A DNA stretch of 64,000 nt from a bacterium (GTDB taxonomy: Bacteria; UBA8248), in NCBI GenBank assembly GCA_965219955.1, contig OZ244799.1:2336001-2400000 (forward strand), in the 5' to 3' direction. Below the pieces are notes generated by a model that made no database searches, was not told the origin of the DNA, and saw only the letters and a program-made list of their open reading frames with translations. The position numbers were made by a program, and so were the translations under genes. Shown in pieces: positions 58,266 to 64,000 of this stretch (the first letter of the stretch is position 1; every line of letters starts with the position of its first letter).

Positions 58266-59450
58266 TCACTCCGCCCACGGGCGCGTGGTGGTCATCGTGA
58301 GGAGTTCGCATCCATCATCCGTCACGAGCACCATTTGCTCGATGTTCGTACCACCCACGTCGGGCAGCACGAACTGCGGCTCCACGCATAGCACCATGTT
58401 GCGCTCGAGGATCATCTCGTTATCGGGCCTGATGATGGGCGCCTCCACGGTTTCGAGACCAATGCCGTGCCCCGCCATGGGGAAGAGATGCCGCCCCGCC
58501 CCGTTCGCGTTGTCGTCCAGGAACCGGCTCGCCGCCGCGTGAACGTCCGAAGCCCTGGCGCCCGCGCGAACCGCATCCATCGAAGCTTCCGAAGTCGCGA
58601 CGGTCAACTCCAGCATCTCCTCCACGTTGTTCTCGAGTTTCTTTCCCGGAACCACTGCGGTGCGATTGACGTCGAACCCGTAGCCTTCCACCGCGCCCAC
58701 GTAGTCGAAGCGAATCAGATCGCCCGCCTCCAACTTTCTCTGGGTAGCCTGCGGCCAGCGCGAACCCCAACTCGCCCACGGGCCGCTGTGGACGCGGACG
58801 TAGCGCACGAAATCCGCCCCCGCGCGCATCCCGGCCGCGTGGCCCTCAGCGCACAAGTCGCTCTCGCTCACGCCGGGGCGGATTGCCTCGAAAATGGCGG
58901 TGTAGCCCGCCTCGACGATCTCCGCCGCGCGTTTCAAGTAGGCGACCTCAGTCTCGCTCTTCCTCGCGCGGAGCTGTTCCACCAGGGCGTTCGCGTTCGA
59001 GAATTGCGCCTCGGGGAGTGCTGTGGTCAAGTCGATATACATCGTGGCCGGCATGATGTCCTCACCGGCGATTCCCACCCGCGCGCTCCCGGCTCCCAGG
59101 CGCCCCAGTTGATTCACCAGCCCTGCGGAAATGTTCGCCTCCACCTGGACTTTTTCGACGTGCACCATCTCGCGGCGGTAATTCCTGTGATCCACGAAGA
59201 GCAGCGGCTCTTCTTCGAGCGGCAGGACGAGCACCCCATGGCCCATGCCCCGAACAGTTTCGCTGAAGGCTCCCGGCGGAAACGGCGGAAAATGGTTGGT
59301 GAGGTAGGTCAGGCTTCCCATGCGGTCATAAAAAGAGCGCCCGATGACGAGCAGAACATCCAGCTTCGCCTCGCGCATGAGGCCGCGCGCATTCGCAATC
59401 CTCTCCCTGATCTCTTCTTTGGAAGCGCCCGTTCCGTTCTCAAGGACCAT
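58266..59450 (-). CDS. M24 family Xaa-Pro peptidase / creatinase-like protein
   Basis: R.RKS..E, D..R T, GHGIGL, CVEP and NIEQ motifs. Confidence 0.87.
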   Translation of the reverse strand: MVLENGTGASKEEIRERIANARGLMREAKLDVLLVIGRSFYDRMGSLTYLTNHFPPFPPGAFSETVRGMGHGVLVLPLEEEPLLFVDHRNYRREMVHVEKVQVEANISAGLVNQLGRLGAGSARVGIAGEDIMPATMYIDLTTALPEAQFSNANALVEQLRARKSETEVAYLKRAAEIVEAGYTAIFEAIRPGVSESDLCAEGHAAGMRAGADFVRYVRVHSGPWASWGSRWPQATQRKLEAGDLIRFDYVGAVEGYGFDVNRTAVVPGKKLENNVEEMLELTVATSEASMDAVRAGARASDVHAAASRFLDDNANGAGRHLFPMAGHGIGLETVEAPIIRPDNEMILERNMVLCVEPQFVLPDVGGTNIEQMVLVTDDGCELLTMTTTRPWAE

Positions 59451-60419
59451 CTACTTGAACCTCGGCAAGAGTTCGGAGACGAAATTCTCCAGTTGCTCTT
59501 CCTGGCTGCCGCCCGCAAAGCGAACGACGAAGACGCGCGCTCCCTCGGCCGCGTATTCTCTTAACTGCTCCTCCACGCTATCGCCATCTCCTGCGATGAC
59601 GAGCAGTTGCTTTCGCACCTCATCGAAGGTCTTGTGGTAGTACTTGGAGAGAAATTCTCCGCACTGGGCCTCGGCCTTCGCTCCATCGGGGTTGATGTTC
59701 ATCGTGACGTAGAGGCACTGGGGAATGCTCCGTATCTCCTCCGTCCTGCCGAACTCATCGGCATAGCCGAGAATCTTCTCCCAGCACTGCCGGTAGAGGT
59801 CCGCCGTTATGGAGTTCGTTATCCAGCCGTCGGCGAAGCGCGCCACGCGCTTAAGGCCTGAATCCACCAGATTGCTCGATAGCCAGACCGGGGGGCCGCC
59901 GGGGGTTTTGGGCCTCGGTTCGAGCGCCACGCCCTCGAAGGAGAAATACTTCCCCGCGTAACTCGCATTGGACTCGTGCATGAGGAGCTTGAGTATCTCC
60001 ACGGTCTCAGAAAACCGGCGCGCGCGCTCGTTGATGGGAACGCCGATGGTCTCGAATTCGAACTTGAGGTCGGTGCGCCCCACGCCCAGGCCTGGCAGGA
60101 CGCGCCCGGGGAACATGCAGTCGAGCGTGCTCATCGACTGGGCGAGCATCACCGGATGCCTGAGCGCCGCGAGCATCACCGCCGTGCCGACCTGAACGCG
60201 TTTGGTCGAGGCGAGAACCGCCGCCCAGGTCGTGAAGCTCTCCATGCGCGGTTTCGCCAGCACACTGTCGCCAAGCCACACGGAGTCGAGGCCCAGGTTC
60301 TCGGCCTTTTTCGCTAAAGAAAAAATAGGGCCCGTATCCGGCGCCTCGCCCGCCGCCGCTACGACAACGCCGCGCGTGGGCAGCAGGTAGCCGAAATGAA
60401 AATTTCCCGTTTCATTCAT
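59451..60419 (-). CDS. LLM class flavin-dependent oxidoreductase
   Basis: GLDSVWLGDSVLAKPR and VGTAV motifs; similar to 51892-52854. Confidence 0.9.
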   Translation of the reverse strand: MNETGNFHFGYLLPTRGVVVAAAGEAPDTGPIFSLAKKAENLGLDSVWLGDSVLAKPRMESFTTWAAVLASTKRVQVGTAVMLAALRHPVMLAQSMSTLDCMFPGRVLPGLGVGRTDLKFEFETIGVPINERARRFSETVEILKLLMHESNASYAGKYFSFEGVALEPRPKTPGGPPVWLSSNLVDSGLKRVARFADGWITNSITADLYRQCWEKILGYADEFGRTEEIRSIPQCLYVTMNINPDGAKAEAQCGEFLSKYYHKTFDEVRKQLLVIAGDGDSVEEQLREYAAEGARVFVVRFAGGSQEEQLENFVSELLPRFK

Positions 60420-60933
60420 GTATTCGAATCCCTACTCTTCATAAGAAAAATAATGCCCTCATAAATCAGGACGAACAATATGTCAGATTGGATACATTAG
60501 TAACACTTTTGGTGTTCCCTCGCAAAAACGCGGACCTACGGGACGCAAATCGCCGGGGCTTCTCCTCACCCGGCGAGGGTCGCGCGGACACCCTCATATG
60601 ACACATCGGCGACCGAACCCCAGAACTCATGGCCGCCATCTCCACCAGAATGCGAATTTGGCCAGAGGCGGATTGGGGGACGGGAGAAGAACACTGAACC
60701 AGCACATTGCGCAGGATAACCCGGTTCCTCATCAAGGGAATTTTGATTTGGAACGGCCAGATGCTAATATGCTTCCATTCAAGTTGCAAAATGAAATAGT
60801 CAAGCGGCGTGTAATGGTACGACGTGTTCCTGTAATACCCATTCGATTCCGGTGCGCTTCACCCAAGGAGTGCGCCCGGATTCCTCAATAGAACCGCTGG
60901 TTAAAACAGGCGGATCGGAAAGGAGGCAATACC

Positions 60934-62217
60934 ATGCAACGCTTCCTCATGTCTCATCTTTTGGTCGGCTTACTGACGGTGCTTCTCATAAGCCCGGCTT
61001 TCGCCCAGCAAAGGATCACCTGGTGGGAACACAGCAACCCGCCGCACAACAACTACTCGAAAGATCTGGTGGCGGAGTGGAACAAAAAGAACCCCAAAAC
61101 TCCCGTACAGTATGATTTTTTCGCGATGACCCCCTACTTCCAGAAACTCACGGCCGCACTCTCCACGCGCTCGGCGGCCGACATGTTCACGCTCATCGAC
61201 TTCCTGCTGCCCGGCTTCACCACAAAGAACGTCCTCGCGCCCATTCGTCCCGAATGGCTGGGCTACAAGGACTTAGAGGACATGAAGAAGGCTTACATAC
61301 CGGGGGCGCTCGACGGCTACATCCATAAGGGGAAACTCTACGCCATCCCTCCCATCGCTTCGGGCTTCAGCCTCTTCATCAACAGGAAGCACTTCAAGGA
61401 GGCGGGACTGGACCCGGACAAGGATTACCCGCGCACCTGGGAAGACGTAGGCCGCATCGGCAAAAAACTGGTGAAAATGAGGGGCAGCAGGATGGTGCGC
61501 GAGGGCTTCGATTTCGCCATGCACTCCTCCACTTGGACGATGTGGTACTTCAACACGACGATTCGGCAATACGGGGGAGAAGTCCTCGACGCCTCCGGGA
61601 AAAAGTGCACGGCCAACAGTGAAGCGGGCGTCAAGGCCATGAACGTCCGGGCCAGGATTGCGCACCACTACAAGGCTTCGGACCCCACCGTTAGTTTCGG
61701 CACCAACGCCCTTCCGGCCGACGATATACCCAAGGGGCGCGTCTCCATGTTCATCACCCACGCGGGAAGCGTGGCGCAATTCGGCCCCAAGATGATGAAG
61801 GACTTGAAAGTGGTGCCCTTCCCGCAGGTAGACCCCAAAAATCCCGTGACGCCGATTTACGGCTTCGCCCTCGCGGTGAATCCCCATATTTCCGAGGCGA
61901 AACAGAAGATAGTACACAGCGTGTTAAAACACGTCGTCAATGACTCCAAAACGTGGTACGAGAGAACGTCCTATCCCCATCCCGACAAAAATTTCCTGAA
62001 CCTTCCAGGGATGGAGGAGGCGCGCACGAAACGCTACCTGGGCGTGTTCGTGAAGGACATCTCGAACGGGCGCTTTCTTCAGCGCTCCGACAAGATACTC
62101 GAACTCAACCAGGCGATTCACCGGGCGATGGAGCGCGTGGTCTTGAAGAAGGAAGACTCCAAGAAGTCGCTCGACAGGGCGTGTAAGGAAATAGACGCGG
62201 CGCTGGCCAAGAAGTAG
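60934..62217 (+). CDS. Sugar-type ABC transporter substrate-binding protein
   Basis: Signal peptide; GKLYAIP, F.EAGLDP and PRTWED motifs; AAGGAGG RBS. Confidence 0.9.
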   Translation: MQRFLMSHLLVGLLTVLLISPAFAQQRITWWEHSNPPHNNYSKDLVAEWNKKNPKTPVQYDFFAMTPYFQKLTAALSTRSAADMFTLIDFLLPGFTTKNVLAPIRPEWLGYKDLEDMKKAYIPGALDGYIHKGKLYAIPPIASGFSLFINRKHFKEAGLDPDKDYPRTWEDVGRIGKKLVKMRGSRMVREGFDFAMHSSTWTMWYFNTTIRQYGGEVLDASGKKCTANSEAGVKAMNVRARIAHHYKASDPTVSFGTNALPADDIPKGRVSMFITHAGSVAQFGPKMMKDLKVVPFPQVDPKNPVTPIYGFALAVNPHISEAKQKIVHSVLKHVVNDSKTWYERTSYPHPDKNFLNLPGMEEARTKRYLGVFVKDISNGRFLQRSDKILELNQAIHRAMERVVLKKEDSKKSLDRACKEIDAALAKK

Positions 62218-62228
62218 GCGGAGAATCA

Positions 62229-63170
62229 ATGGGTCGCGAGATCGGAGCCGGCCGGGCTTTACCTTCGGTTATGCGGCGGATGGTGGCCGGCGGGGGGAAA
62301 TCCTCCCTCCACAGCCACCTCCGCTGGGCGGGGTTCTTCTTCGTTCTGCCTGCGCTCATTCATCTCGTGATCTTCAAGTTCTACCCCATGCTCCAGGCCT
62401 TCCGGCTGAGTTTTTTCCGCTACGACCTCATGAGCCCGCCCGTATTCACGGGGCTTGAGAACTACAACCTCCTCTGGGAAAACCCGCTGTTCCACCAATC
62501 CTTCTGGGTTTCGGTCAAGTACATGTTCGGCGTCTCCATACCGGAGTGGTTCTTCGCACTGGCCCTGGCCCTCCTCCTGAACCGGCGGATGCCGGGGCGG
62601 TCGGTTATTCGCCTGGCGTACTTCTTCCCCATCGCCATGTCGCAGATCGTCGTGGCCATGGTGTGGAAGTTCATGTACCACCCCTTCGGCCTGGTGAACA
62701 CGATTCTGGAGACTTTCGGGATCGGCCGCATCAATTGGCTCTCGATGGAGGAGTCGGCGCTGCCCGCCCTCATCGCCATCGGCATCTGGCGGGGCATCCC
62801 GCTGTTCGGCGTGATTTACCTGGCGGGCCTCCAGGCCATCCCGAAGGAATACCACGAGGCGGCCATCATAGACGGCGCGGGCGTGTTCCAGCGCTTCTTT
62901 TACGTGACGATCCCCCTGCTTCTCCCCACGATAATGTTCGTGATGGTGTTGTCTCTTCTGTCGGCCGTAAAGGTGTTCCTGAATCCTCTGGTCATGACCG
63001 AAGGCGGCCCCAACGGGACGACCCGGGTGCTCCCATACTTCATCTACGAGACGGGTTTCGCCTTCTTCCGGATGGGGGAGGCCGCCGCGGCTTCGATGGT
63101 GCTGTTCGTCTTTCTTTTCGGCCTGACCCTGATTCAGTTGCGGCTATTGCGTAGGGGAGGTGTGGAATGA
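62229..63170 (+). CDS. Carbohydrate ABC transporter permease
   Basis: FTGLENY and EAA motif EAAIIDGA; start uncertain. Confidence 0.9.
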   Translation: MGREIGAGRALPSVMRRMVAGGGKSSLHSHLRWAGFFFVLPALIHLVIFKFYPMLQAFRLSFFRYDLMSPPVFTGLENYNLLWENPLFHQSFWVSVKYMFGVSIPEWFFALALALLLNRRMPGRSVIRLAYFFPIAMSQIVVAMVWKFMYHPFGLVNTILETFGIGRINWLSMEESALPALIAIGIWRGIPLFGVIYLAGLQAIPKEYHEAAIIDGAGVFQRFFYVTIPLLLPTIMFVMVLSLLSAVKVFLNPLVMTEGGPNGTTRVLPYFIYETGFAFFRMGEAAAASMVLFVFLFGLTLIQLRLLRRGGVE

Positions 63171-64000
63171 GCCGGAAGACGATGCTCCGCTGTGGGGGTG
63201 CGCTCATATCCGTGCTCACGGTCGGAGGAGTCATAGTCATGCTCCTTCCCTACTTCTGGATGGTCTCCTCCTCCATCAAGACGGGAATCGAAGTCTTCGA
63301 TCTCCCCATCAAATGGATACCGGATGAGATCCAGTGGGTGAACTACCCCAACGCCCTGACCAAAGGGGCTTTCGGGGTCTATTTCTACAACAGCTTCGTC
63401 GTGGCTTTCGCGGTGATGGCGGGGAACCTCGTTTTCTGCACACTCGCGGGCTACGGCCTGGCCAAGTTCCGCTTTCCCCACCGGGAGTTGTGCTTCAAGT
63501 TGATTCTGAGCACTTTGATGCTCCCGCTCGAGATCGTGCTGGTGCCCACTTTCCTCGTGGTGCGGGAGTTGGGCCTCGTCAATACATATGGCGGGCTGAT
63601 TGCCCCACTGGCGGTGGACGCTTTCGGCGTTTTTCTCATGCGCCAGTCCATCAGGGACATTCCCGACTCCCTCATCGAGGCGGCGCGGATGGACGGATGC
63701 AGCGAGTTCGGTATTTTCTGGCGCATTATCCTTCCCAACTGCAAACCTGCACTGGGCGCACTTGCGCTGCTCGCCTTCCGTGACAACTGGGATCAGTTCC
63801 TCTGGCCGTTCATCGTGGCGACGACCGACGACTTGAAGACCTTCCCGCTCGGCCTCGCCCAGATGGAGGGCATCGATTCGGCCGCCTACCATGAAATCAT
63901 GGCGCTCGCGGTTCTGGGGATGATCCCGGCGGCGTTCATATTCCTGTTCTTCCAGCGCGCCTTCGTCCGCGGCATCACGCTCACGGGGCTGAAGGAGTGA
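63167..64000 (+). CDS. Carbohydrate ABC transporter permease
   Basis: AGYGLAK, EAARMDG and FQRAFV.G motifs; stop codon at the window end. Confidence 0.9.
   Translation: MSRKTMLRCGGALISVLTVGGVIVMLLPYFWMVSSSIKTGIEVFDLPIKWIPDEIQWVNYPNALTKGAFGVYFYNSFVVAFAVMAGNLVFCTLAGYGLAKFRFPHRELCFKLILSTLMLPLEIVLVPTFLVVRELGLVNTYGGLIAPLAVDAFGVFLMRQSIRDIPDSLIEAARMDGCSEFGIFWRIILPNCKPALGALALLAFRDNWDQFLWPFIVATTDDLKTFPLGLAQMEGIDSAAYHEIMALAVLGMIPAAFIFLFFQRAFVRGITLTGLKE

Overview
GC-rich bacterial chromosome segment in two halves. Left half (1-32 kb): two IS1380-family copies in inverted orientation, with identical encoded protein. The complete copy (26580-28314, 4-bp CTAA target duplication) splits a TbpB-like surface-lipoprotein gene. 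Also present are metabolic genes, a cobalamin uptake operon (btuB-F-C-D, short TonB, a hypothetical gene) preceded by two cobalamin riboswitches, a DUF559 nuclease gene flanked by a hairpin repeat family, three homologous structured non-coding elements upstream of the lipoprotein pair, and intergenic DNA packed with at least five nested palindromic repeat/MITE families. Right half (32-64 kb): a nearly repeat-free catabolic region with a ~17-kb minus-strand gene run divergent from a LysR gene (CoA-transferase A/B, M20 deacylase, LLM, two cysteine-synthase-family paralogs, Liv-type ABC transporter, AhpD/CMD protein, three-subunit Mo-hydroxylase, flavoprotein). This is followed by two UbiD-family genes, a cyclase, a TAXI-TRAP transporter, an M24 peptidase, two more LLMs and a sugar ABC transporter. 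The best-supported hidden signal is that the two 'split' AhpD ORFs (37539-38336) form one probable selenoprotein: an in-frame CxxU motif with a SECIS-like hairpin directly after the UGA. All family assignments come from recognising motifs by eye; no database searches or folding programs were run.
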